Origin: Podarcis melisellensis
Taxonomy: Eukaryota
DNA: 64,000 bases
Strand: one strand, 5' to 3'
NCBI GenBank assembly: GCA_964234715.1
Contig: OZ174275.1
Of the stretch, positions 46,020 to 58,036 are shown in pieces (within the stretch, counting starts at the first letter, position 1; every line of letters begins with the position of its first letter). The position numbers and the translations under genes were made by a program. The notes below the pieces were generated by a model. The model was not told the DNA's origin and did no database searches. It saw only the letters and a program-made list of their open reading frames with translations.

Positions 46020-47350
46020 AAACTCGTGATTCTGCGCCCGCTCCCGAGCTTCTCACCCCATCTTACTCGGCCTGTGTTCCAGGGTCACGCCCCGGCTTCG
46101 GCAACTGGCGCCGCATCTTGGCCTGCTCGCCTTCATTTGAGCGGGCCGCCTTCCCTTCTTCTCCGCCCCTTCTGTTGGTTGTTAGGCACGTGGTGCAAAG
46201 CGAGCACGCCGGCTGGCTGGCGAGCGCAATTTCGCCCGAAAAGCGCCGGCTGCTGCGTCCCGACTCCGCGCGTCCGAGGCGCCCGCCTTGCGCGCCCCTG
46301 TTTCCCCTGCGCTCTCCAATAGGGAGCGGTAGGAGCACCTTTGCAGACCTCCCCGCTTGGCGCTCCGAGAGCGGGGAAGTGATTCCCTCCCCGGCGCCAA
46401 CGCCTCGGCAGCAGCAGCAGCCTTCAATTTCTCCCGCTCTTCTGGAGATCCACCCCCGGCGGATCTCAGCAGCCGAGGCGTCGGCGTCGGCTCTCCCTCC
46501 TTCCTTCCTTCCACCTTGCTTCGCCCGCCGCCGGGTCTTGCGGCTGGGGCTGCCTCTCCCCAGACGCGCACAGACGCCGCGGGCGGAGGAGAGCGCGCTT
46601 AGCTGGGATGGCAGCGGGTGCCGCGCGGGGCTGAAGCCGGAGCGGCGCCCGCCATGGCCAAGCAGTACGACGTGCTCTTTCGCCTGCTGCTCATCGGGGA
46701 CTCGGGCGTGGGCAAGACCTGCTTGCTGTGCCGCTTCACCGACAACGAGTTCCACCCTTCGCACATCTCCACCATCGGTACGCCGGGGCGGGTAGGGGAG
46801 GAAGAGAAGTCGGGGGGGGGATCTGCCAGCCTGGCCTCTTCCACCGTCTCCACCGGGAGCGGGGACAAAGGCGGAGGAGGACCGACGAGATTCGCCCTCG
46901 AACAAGAGGGAGCCGCAGCGACTCCTTCGTAGGGCATCATCGGGGGCCCGGCTGGAGGGAGGGAGACCTCGTGGGTCACATTTGCGGCCTTGGGGGCATC
47001 GCTGCTGGACTGGGGGGGGAGGGGTGGCTGGGTTGCATCGCGCGTAAAGACACTGCGTCTTTGGCACGGATTAAGATGAGTGTACCTGCACCGTTGCCCA
47101 TAGCAAGCGCCGAGAGGGAATCGCCCCGCGCGATTCATATCTGAGGCTCAGGCTCCCTGAAGCAAAGCTGACACCCCCTTACTAAGGCAGGGATCGCGAA
47201 AAGCGCCTCTTCTCCCCGAAATCCCGGCCCCCCTTCTGTGCCTTTGCTTCCAGTTACCTGTTGTTAGATGCTGCACCAATACCGGGCCTTGGCTCCTGCG
47301 TTGCCTGTGTTGGGAGCTAGTTTTTGTTCAGTAACCGCCGGGCTCTCCGG
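46020..47350 (+). promoter_or_regulatory. RAB15 CpG-island promoter, 5' UTR and first exon; E-box CACGTG at 46187-46192
   Basis: Dense CpG, high GC around the ATG at 46654; boundaries approximate. Confidence 0.8.
46654..46777 (+). CDS. RAB15: RAB15 exon 1 (coding part)
   Basis: gccATGG Kozak; [41 protein letters not shown]|gtacg. Confidence 0.97.
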
Positions 47351-50300
47351 TCACTGTACATGTTGTTGCTGCTGCTGTTGCTAAATGCAGTAATGCCAGC
47401 TCACCTCAAAGGTGAAAATAAATGCGACGTCATTGTTCGAAAATATGAGGTAGGCATAACACCATGAGTCATATGGGGGTGGGGAGCGGATGGAAGAGAG
47501 AAAGCCGGAGGGAAGGCAGACCCGTTTTGCTTTCTGAAATCCCCAGTGGTGGCTATGCTAGTCCCAGGGAATAAAGTCTGCTCCTCATGGGCTCTTAAAA
47601 AAACAGCCCTCTGATAAGTCCTATGTGAGCCTAAAGCCATAACGTGGAATATGCCTGTTTCTTTGGAGCATCTGCTTTTTTTGTGGGTGTTAGCAGGCAC
47701 TTATGTGTGCTGAGAATCTGGAAGCAGCTACTGTATGAGCCCGTTCTATTTTTAGACACAGGAGTGACTTGTGGGAGCGTGCTGGTGAGCTCAGAACGTA
47801 ACACGCAAAGCATCCTTAAGAGAGACTAAACATTGGATGTGCCCCGTTTTACTGAGTGATGTGCAGGGCATATCTGAAGTGGCCAAGAGCAGATGATAGG
47901 CTAAACTGGGGTTTTAGCTGTTTGTAGTACCAGGCCTTTATATTTTGCATTTATATTCCACCTTTTCTCCAATGAGCTCAAGGCAGTAGAGATTTTTGGG
48001 TGGTTTCTTTTTGCTTTTGCAAGGGGGTTTAGTTGGTTGGGAAAGACATTACCTGCTCTCCCCCACCCCCGTTTTATTTATTGGGAGTGTTGGTGTTTGG
48101 CCAGTTGAGGGGCAGTTCTGAGCATCACCAGTTTTTCTTCTGTGAAATGGGTACTTTATGGTGCATTTGACAGTTTCTTAGATTTCAGAATACGCCCTTG
48201 CACCCCAAAATGTTGGGGACCCCTGCCACAACAGCTGCACCAATGGTTTGGCTTCACTGTTGGACGCAATGTGCCTCGGGATACCAGTTGCTGGAAACTG
48301 CAGGTGTGGAGAATGCTGTTGCACCCGGGTCCTGCTTGTTGGCTTCCTATGGTCATCTGGTTGTCCACTGTGAAAACAGAGGGCTGGACTAAATGGGCCT
48401 TGGCCTGATCCAGCAGGGCTCTTCTTCTGTTAGCTCTGTTGGTCATGAAACACATTAAATAAAAAGGGACCTTTTAAAACATGAATGGAGGTTCCCAGAG
48501 AATGACCTCAGTCAGGCCCCACAGTTCTGAAATTAGGCACAAAGCTTTCATCTCAGAAGGCGTGACTACTAGAAGGTGTGCCTTTCATTTTTAGAAATGT
48601 AGCGAACGTCCAAAAATAACTTGTAGATCGTGCAGGATTTTTTTGGGTGGTGGTGAGATAACGAAGCATTGCCTGAAATGTGGTAAAAGAAGGCTGTGGC
48701 TGAGCTTTCCCACCTGCCTCTGACTTTGCCTGCCAAGGGCAACATGTTGATGTTTTCCTGTAGAAACCATTCGTTTCTACCATTGTGCTAGGCATGCATA
48801 ACCTATAGCAGGGGTGGGGAAAATTTTTTTCAGTCCAAGGGCCACATTCCCTTCTGGGCAACTGTCCAGGGGCCACATGCCAGTGGGTGGGGCCAGAGGC
48901 CAAGGTGGGTGGAGCAACGAAAGCAAATTTTACATCTATACAATAAGTTAGTTTGTGCACACATTCTCTATCCTCCATCCAGGCAAGCAAAAGGCAATGC
49001 AGGTTTCAAGGACACATTCCAGGCAGTCAAAAGTATTCAAGGAAAGTGTGAAGCCGGGAGGGTTAAGGGTGTGGCCTGGGGAGCGAAGGTGCCATATAGA
49101 GAGGTGTGATTGGCTCCATTTGGGCTCCAGGCCTGAAGCTCCCCAGCTATGGCTCGATTCCTCAGGCTTGCATTCAGCGGCTGGCAGCTTGAGAAGAAAG
49201 CTGCTTTGGGGCATGTCCATATTGACACAACTCCATCTGAAGGAGCTCTGTAGCCCATATCAGGTATAGGACTTGCAAGTAAGGCCAACATGCATGTGCG
49301 GGGGAGAGAGGGTTGGGCATTAGTACTGAAGCTATTAATTTCAGATTTGAGTATTTGGTCAGTTTGCAAGCTTATGATGGAATCGATCTGGAAAGTGAGA
49401 AGTTCCCATTTTCCTCCGTCATCCCATCTGTTTGGGACTGATGGGTGTTGAAGTTCAGTAGCGTTGGGGTGGAGGACACAGGTTTCCCATCCCTGCCATA
49501 CACTGAAGAATTGCATATTCCAGTATTTAGCTTTCTGGCCAATAAGTTACTTTCCTATCATGGTCTATTTTAGGAAATAGGATGAAATTCCCTTTGCTTC
49601 CTGTTTAATTGCTTTTGTAGTCAGTAGTCAAGAAAAAAATAAATTGGAATTTTTAAAAGAGTAATTTGTAAGAGTAATTTAAAGAGAAAATTTTCAGTTT
49701 GCATTGGAAAACGTTCATTTGCTCTAGAGAGTGGTCTAAGTTAGCAAGTTTATATTTCTTGTATTTAGTAAACCAACCTAAAATCGTTGACACTGCCAAG
49801 CTTGCATAATATTTGTTTGCATTTGGCACCCATCGTTACTAGCAAACTTATGAAAAGGAAAATTGCCCATACAGAAATAAAGTTTTCTGGTTTTCAAAAA
49901 GCTTTCTTGGAACTTCTGGTGCTAAGAAAGCAAGGTTTTCTGCTTAGTCCCATGATTTCTAGTAAATCATGCTTTTCCAAATTTCACCGAATTCCTCACT
50001 CGTGATATGCATTTGCATCCATATGTTACAGAGTCTCTCCTCTCTTCTGCTTCTCCAGTTGCTTAATATCCTCCAATAGGTCACTGATTCTTCCAGTAAA
50101 TTATCTGGCCAGTGTGCAGGCTTTAAGCTTTATTACAATTTGTAGAATCCTGAGGGTCACCAACTGAAGCCAAGTGTAAAATAGTGCTTCAGGAAGGCAG
50201 ACACACATTAAGAATCAAGCACATATTCAGTCCAGGGCAAAAATCCATTCCTGGTTTCCCCACAAGGTTTCTTAGTTCAAGCCCTTTAATTTAGTGAGGG

Positions 50301-53300
50301 AAGCCTTTTAGTTGTCAGGGGTCCCTTTACCTTTATCGTCAAACAATTGAGAAACACTTCCTGATCTACTGCAAAACACCCAGAGATCTACCAAGTGGAT
50401 CGTGGCCTACCTTCTGCCTAATGCTGCTGCCGTCAAATGTACCTTGGGAACAATGGTAGTAAACAAAGAATGGCCGAGCCACTTCCACTTCCAGGGTGTG
50501 CCCTAACTACCCCATCTGTAGGCTTGTAGCAAAATACACTATTCACAATGGTGTTCACACAGGGAGATTACCTCCTTTTAGCAGGGGTGGATCCACCAGA
50601 TATTTGTAGAATTCCAACTCCCATCAGTCCCAGCCAACATGGCAATGGTAAGGAATAATAGGAGTTGTAGTCCATCAACATCTGGAGGGCCACAGGTCCC
50701 CCACTCTGCTTTATAGGGCTGGGGAGAGCAGGGTATAAATAGTTTTTTTAAAAATTATTATTATTATTATTAGGTCTTCATTCAGGTGAGTAGGCAGTGA
50801 AGACTATCACTAGGTTGGGTTTTCAGCCCCCACTTCCCTATTCTCCTGAGATGGAACATTAGGAGGGTTGTGGAAGAGTGGAGTTAACAGAAGTGCCACC
50901 TCCCTTGAAAAGCTTGTTCTTCGTGTGACCTGCTGCTTAGATCTGCTTGAGCTTAAACCCACTCAGGTTGACCATGGCCGGTTTTAGCCAGGTAGCTTGT
51001 ATGTATGAATAGCTATGTAATGGGATATGTTCCTCCTTGAGTTTATATTTTCTCCAGCAGTGGACCATTTCCAAAACGGTCCTGTTCTCCCACATGGTGA
51101 CGCAAGCACACAGTCCTCATCTGCGTTAAGTTAATGAAGTTCTCATTGTGACCACAGAGCGAGTAGAAAATGCCTTGCGGAGTACAAAGGATCACTTTCA
51201 ACTTGTTCCTGCTTGGTGAATCGTGCACGATATGTGAGTCACCCTCAGAAAGCTACACAATTTTCTGAGGAGAAAATAAACTTAATCTTGGATCAGGGAG
51301 CTTTTTTTTGTGCAGAATGCAAGGCTTTGTTTTGCAGGATCAGGCCAAGTGTCCATCTAGTTCAGCAACCTGTCTCCCAACAGAAGCTAGCTGGGTTCCT
51401 GGAGGAAATTCATAAGCAAGGCATGAGGGTCACCGTCCCTTTTGGTTTGCAATCAGTTTCTGATAATTGGAACTATACTGCCTCTTAACATTTATTTCTC
51501 ATAGTTAACAACCACTGGTAGATGTAGGAACCTGCCTCACACTGGTCCACCTACCTTGGTCTTGCCTTCTCTACCCTGATAGGCAGCACCTTTCCAGGCT
51601 TTCAGATGGGGCACTTCCCTCAGCCATGTCTGAAGATGCCAGCGATTGGACCTGGGGCCTTTTCCATGCAAAGTACCTGCTCTCTCATTGGGCCACTGCC
51701 TGTTTCGTAGCCTCTAACCTGCCCGGTCATAGATCTAAAAACTGTTGTCTTATGGATTCACTTCTGGGTTCGATTGCCGCAGTTATTTAGCTATAGCTAA
51801 CATGAGGAAGGCCTTATGCAAGGCTTATAAAGCTGATACAGTCAATTAGCTCTACCCTTCCCTGCAACAGAAGAAGGGCAAACTCAGAAGAGAAATATTG
51901 CAAGGCAGCAGGTAGGCGCTGCTTGGTTTGGGCATATGCATTACTGCTGAGGTGTTTTGTCAGCCAAGCTTTATCGCGCTGTGGCACACCACCTTGGAAA
52001 GACGGGTTGCATAGGAAGCTGTGTGCCGCTTTGGTGGCATTTATCTTGCAGTCCCCTGTGCTGCTGAAAGGTACCTGCTTCTTCAGCAGTGTGGGCAAGC
52101 GGCTGCAGTAGAAACTTCAAAGAAGCACACAGAGTCTTTGGTGCTTTCTGCTTTTGCTGGCTCTCCTGCAGAGAACTGGGGAGTTGGGCTGTTGTTCTTA
52201 TACGAGGAGAAAAGGCTTCAAAAGAATCTAGACCGGATCACAGATTAAGTTGAAGCTGCACAGCCTACCAGCCTCTGACAAAATGAAGGTGAATTCACTA
52301 GTACTTTCCCATGGTTCCTTTCACGGGTATGTTCCCTACTCCAGTAAGATTTTCTTGTCCTGTTTTTATACTACTTTACACACACACACACACACACACA
52401 CACCATGGCTGAGCATGCAAAGGCAACATATGTTATATTGTATAGTAAACTATTCCTTTATGCCCCACATTGGCCTAGACCAGAGGTGGACCTCCATATG
52501 TTGTTGGACTCCAACTGTCATCAACCCCACCAATGGCCAGGCCCAGCTCTGGGATGGAAATAGCCTTGGTCACCCTGGTGGATGATGTGCTCTGGAGGGA
52601 GGAAGGATGGAAGGAATGCTACCCTGTTAGTATCAAAAGCCACTGAGAAGTCCAGGAAAGCTATCAACCATAGTATCCTTCTGGGTCAACTATTGGGTAT
52701 GGGACTTAGTGGACACTTTATTACTTTTGTTCTTGTTGTTCCATGATGGAAGTTCTTGGGTGCGAATGTTGGGCAAATCTTACCCTGTGCCCTATGGCTT
52801 TCAGGGTGCCCCAGAGCTCTGTTTTGTCTTCCGTGCGTTTTAAGAGCTGCATGAACCTACTGGGAGAAGTCATCCAAAGGTTGATGACATGGAACTCTCT
52901 CTTTCTTTTCCATCTTCTGATATCAGGTTTTAGAAACTCTAAACTGGTGCCTGGAGGCAATTCTGAGATGGATGAGGGTGAACAAGCAGAGGTTAAATCC
53001 AGGCAAGACGGAGGTGCTGTGGGCTGGGATATTCCCCAGATGAGGTTCCACTTCCCCTAAAAGACCCAAGTCCACATTGCAAATGCTGCTGACTTGGGTG
53101 CTGAATAGTGAAGCCCAAGTAGTGTAAGTAGCTATGGTAAGGTTCCAGACATCCCTGTTTCCCGGGGACAGTCCCCAGATTTACAAATCAGTCCACTTAC
53201 AAAATCCATCTATTTAGTAGGAAGTTGAAAAGTGTCCCTGGATTCATTGAAAAAAATCTGGTAACCTTAAGCTAGGGGTGTGTTTCATCCATTTCAGCTG

Positions 53301-56300
53301 GTATGCCAATGGTGGTCCTTTCTGCAGAGGACAAAATTAGCCACAGTGATCTATTTCCAGACGAGACACAGATAAGGCACTCTGCACGGGGCTGCCTTTA
53401 AATAGTGTCTAGAAACTTCAACTGGTCTAAAAGGCAGTCGCCATAGTCCTGATGGGTATACTGTTTTTAGCATCAACAACATCTATATTATAGCAAGTAT
53501 ACTGGCTTTGTAGACCCATTTTAAAGGGCTGGTATTAAACTTTGAAGCCCTAAAAGGTTTAGGCTGTGAGCTGTCTGGCAGCAGCTGTGACATCTTGCCC
53601 ACACACTGAGACCTCAACCAGAGGCCTGCTTGGTGTGTTTAACCCGTAGTTCTGTGAGATTGGTGACCATCAGAGTGAGAGCACTAGTTTGAGTTGATTA
53701 AAATGAGTTCTGCCTAGCTACTGACTCAGCTGCTGTAGTGTTATGGAGTTTGTATGAATACGTCAACTGCTCAGAAGTTTAAAAGAACTGTCAGCGCTGT
53801 ATGGCAAGGCCAGAGACAGGTTGGGCTGATGGTGAGGAGGAGTTCAGCAGAGAAGGGAGGATCCAGCTCCTTAACAATGGTGATCTACTCTTAGATTGTG
53901 TATGTGAATGTTGTTTGCATATTCACATTGTGGGGTGGTTGTGCAGTAGACTGAAGAGAAGATAGATATAGGGGAAGAAGTTCAATGTAGCACCATGGCA
54001 TTGGTTTCGTCAGTGCAAGCATTTCAGCTCATCAGATGGAATGATTCCCCCCCCCTTCTCCCTTCCCCCAAGCATTGTTCTGGGGGAATCTATTGAGCTC
54101 CCTAAGAGCCAATTTTTGGATGGGGGGAAGCAGTGTTGCGCTAGTGGAAGGACTTGCACAATCTTCTGCTAGCGGGACTCCGTTGAATCAAGCCCAAGGA
54201 AGATGCTGCACGTGAGAAACACGTACACGGATATTTGTGGGTCTCCATATATATGTTCTAAACATCACATAACCTAATTACACTCAGCAGAATCTACTGG
54301 GTAGGGATGGAGTCGCCCTTGTAACTTCTCTTTTGCTTTTGTTATTCACAGGAGTCGATTTTAAAATGAAGACTATAGAAGTAGATGGCATTAAGGTCCG
54401 AATACAGATCTGGTAAGTGATTTTAGCTATTGCAATGTAGATCTTCGGACAGAGAGCTGAACTCTGGATCTGGGAGACTAGATAAGAGTTCCTTGCTGTG
54501 AATACATTGTGAGAACTTTGATGAGTTGCCCATTCTCAGCCTCAGTTCTTTTATCTGTAAAATAGGAATGGCAAGTAACTCAGCCAGCAAGATTGCCATA
54601 AAGTGAACATGCAGAGAGATTGTAAAGCACTCTGCAGATGAAGTACTTGGTAAATTATCAAAAGTAGCAGGGAATCAATAAGTGGTTATTGAACACCATC
54701 TGCAAAGAGAGGTCCAGTAGGACTGAGAGGGAGAGGCCATTTGGGTTCCTGGGCAGTAATGTAACAGGCTGTTATATACCATGTGTATAGTGTGGCCTTC
54801 CTGTGGTTGCCTGAATGGGTACTGGGTCTGTTTTTTGGGGTGTGGATTAAAGCTCCATGCCTAAACTGCAACAGAGGCCATTTCAAACTATTATTGTTGT
54901 TATTTCGAAAAACCTACTTCTTTTAGGTAGTGTTAGTGTTACCCCAGCACCACTGGTGCTTTATCCTGTTTTCATGCAATAGAAGGGGAGTGGCTTTGAC
55001 CCAAGAAGTTTTCCACTTTATGGTGTTGTTTTCTAATGGGTGTGTGTGTGAAATACTGGGGTGGGGGTCATAGATAGCATTCAAATAACTAATTAAAAAT
55101 AAGTCTTTTTAAAATGGGACACGGTTGCTTCGTTGTATGTCAGCATGAAAATAATGATACATCTTTCTGGGAAGACCCTAGATGTGATTGTCTTGACAGG
55201 AGCAGATTTAAAACTGCCCAGCAGGGAGCAGCCAAATTGCATAAACCTCCATAGCTGAAGTGATCCTGTGTGTTCTTGGGTTCCTGTACTGCAAGGAAAT
55301 TGCCTTGTGACAATATTAGTGATGATGACCATTTGTGGATCAAAGAGCAAGTCGGTCATAAGATGATACTGCAGAGCAACAATTAGACATGCCTTATGAC
55401 GACTTGACTGCACAAATCTGCTGTTTGGGCTTGTCTTCTGACGTGGCAGAAAGTCAAGGCTGCATGTTAGGAAGTGTGTTTGGCAGCTACTTTAGCAGGG
55501 GTGAGGAGGAGGAATTTGTGCAATGTTGAGAACTGCTCCTGGCTATCCCATCGCTCACTTTGCATAATACAGAGGGTGATTTGGGATAACGGGGCCCAGT
55601 CCATTACATCAGCTGAGGCAGTTACCATTTGGCTCCTCTTCTCCCTGAACTATTTCTGTTCCAGCTGGTCACTCTAAGAACTACTATGTAACACTTAAAG
55701 AACTGATGCCCAACTTTTCTTATTTCTCTCTTCCTTTTTCCTCTTGCATCATGGATCTTAGTTTGCAAGCCTGTGGGTAGTGGCTCTTTTGTTCTTTAAC
55801 CACTTTGGAAACGATTAGCAGAATCCCAACAGTGCACAAGGAGACCTCAGCTTGCACAACAGGACTTCACCTTCCTCTCCTCTCCTTGCAGCCCTTTCCC
55901 CCTGCCCCATGCTCAAATCTGCTCTGGAGCTTATCCCAACCCTCCCGTGCTGATTTTGCAGCAGGGAGGAGAGGATGGTGAAGTCCTGTTTCATAAGCAG
56001 AAGTCTGTTCCACTCACTCATGGGCAGCGCTGGATACAACCCAATAGCTGATGATAATAATTCCCTTGTCCATGTGAGCGCCAACTCTGCTGCAGTCCAG
56101 ATGGATCATGTGGATAAAAATTGCAGTGCCTGTCCCTCAGTCTGTGTGTAACTTGGAGTAACTCTAATGACATCTGCTTTTGTTCCAGGGACACTGCAGG
56201 TCAGGAGCGATACCAGACCATCACGAAGCAGTACTACAGGCGAGCCCAGGTAAAACTGTTTTCTCCTAGACTAGAAGTAGCACAAAAAGCATGGAGAGAC

Positions 56301-58005
56301 CTGGGAAGGACTAGCTGGCTTTTGCAGGAATTGTCCCAGCATTGGACTCAGTGCTATTTCTCTGACATCTTCATCTGTTGCCAGAGATACAAGCATAGTG
56401 TAACCAAAATTCATGGAGGTGACCTGACAGAGGTGGACATTCTCTCCATTTTTTGATACAGGGTGGAATTAAACATCGTGCTAAAAAGATTGTCCTGCTG
56501 AATTGAATCTCGCCTCCCTTTCACCTATAAACTATTCTAGGGGTTTTCCCTACCCTCTGAAGCAGAATTGGGGGGGCACAGGGAGAGGAGGGGTAGTATT
56601 GTTGCACCAGTGGATCTTGTTGCAGTAGCTTCTGCAAGTGCAGCAACTTAGTTGAATCCAGACCATAAGTTCCTACTTGGAGACAGACACAGAGAGAGAC
56701 ACACAACTTTGGGGCTAATGCTCTACAAAGGTTAGCACTGGAACACAGAAAGGGTCCCAACATTAAACCTCAGCTAAATTGAAAGGCAGCAAGCCAGCAG
56801 TCCCGGGTTGGGGATGTCAGATGGCCTCGAGGGCTGAAGACAAGCTGCATACTTTAGGAATTTAGTGTTACTGATGCTAGCTTGGTGCATAAAATGCAGG
56901 GATGTTGGCCCATGAGAAAGCAATCCAAAAATCCACAGATTACATGCAGCCTTCCCCACGCAGCCTCTGCCTGTAGGGTGGGCAGAGTGGGAGGAGGCTG
57001 CAGACTGATAATGCTCCAGGGAAAGGCGCTGGCTGCAGTGATCAAGATATCTCTCCCCTCTGCGCCTTTCCCGTGGGGCAGAGGCTGCGTGTGTGACCTG
57101 TTTTGTCTTTGCGCAGCTCCATTTGTGTGCGGGCGGCGCAACGTTACACAGAAGGAGTGCAAGGTGCGATATTTCACTGATGTTAAAGGCACGGTGGGTG
57201 GGGGGATATTACTTCAATCGCTGCTCTCCTCCTGTGTAACATTGCGTCACCCGCACACAAATGGAGCTGCATGAAGACACTGCACGGCAAAAACGGACTG
57301 CCTACAGCCTCCCTCCCCGCTGTAGGGCGGGCAGAGTGGGAGGAGGCAAGCAGACTACAGAGGCCCCACGGCTTCCCACTACCAGGAGCTGAAACTGCTA
57401 GCGCAAGTTCCGTATTTATTTATATATTTATTTGCTATATTCCATGGATAAGACAACCCATGTTTTTAGACCTAAAAAATTGGGTAAAAAAACTCGTCTT
57501 ATAGATGGAAAAATACAGTAAATGTTGTGTCCCTTGACTGCTGCCTGTAGGTCACCTGTTGCCTGCCGTTTGATGCCCTGAGCCATAGTGGTGCTAGATC
57601 TCTGAGACATGAAGCCTAGTGTATAAGGAGCTTTTAGTAAAACTGCAGCCAAAGAAGCCTGCTGTATTTCTGCAGGGAATGCAGACTGATTAGCCAGGTC
57701 CCCAGGGGGAAAGACTGACATATTCATTAAACAGTTGTCTGTTATCTAGTATGGTGGCAGCCTGCTCTGTAACCATCTTGTAGGAACAACTGTCAAAACA
57801 CAAATGCTTTTGGTTTATCGGTAGTAGTTAAAGGCCACATCTGCCATGAAGGTTTCACAAGGAGCTTGGCCTACATGCAGATGCATGCAGAATCTAACAG
57901 GACAGAAAAAAGAATAATCCCCAAATGTCTAGTTCCTCATCTTCAACCCTCCAGCAGAATTCCTGGGCAGAGGGTGCATAGGGAATGTCCTATTATATTA
58001 ACAAT

Positions 58006-58036
<31 letters not shown>

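Noticed and set aside
37691-46654. Bidirectional promoter shared by FNTB and RAB15
   Set aside because: Start codons are about 9 kb apart with two distinct CpG islands separated by repeat-containing DNA.
45980-47144. Long ORFs (271 aa +, 334 aa -, 179 aa -, 138 aa +) over the RAB15 promoter and exon 1
   Set aside because: Low-complexity Arg/Pro/Gly/Ala translations expected in stop-poor CpG-island DNA; several start at non-ATG codons; no recognisable domain.
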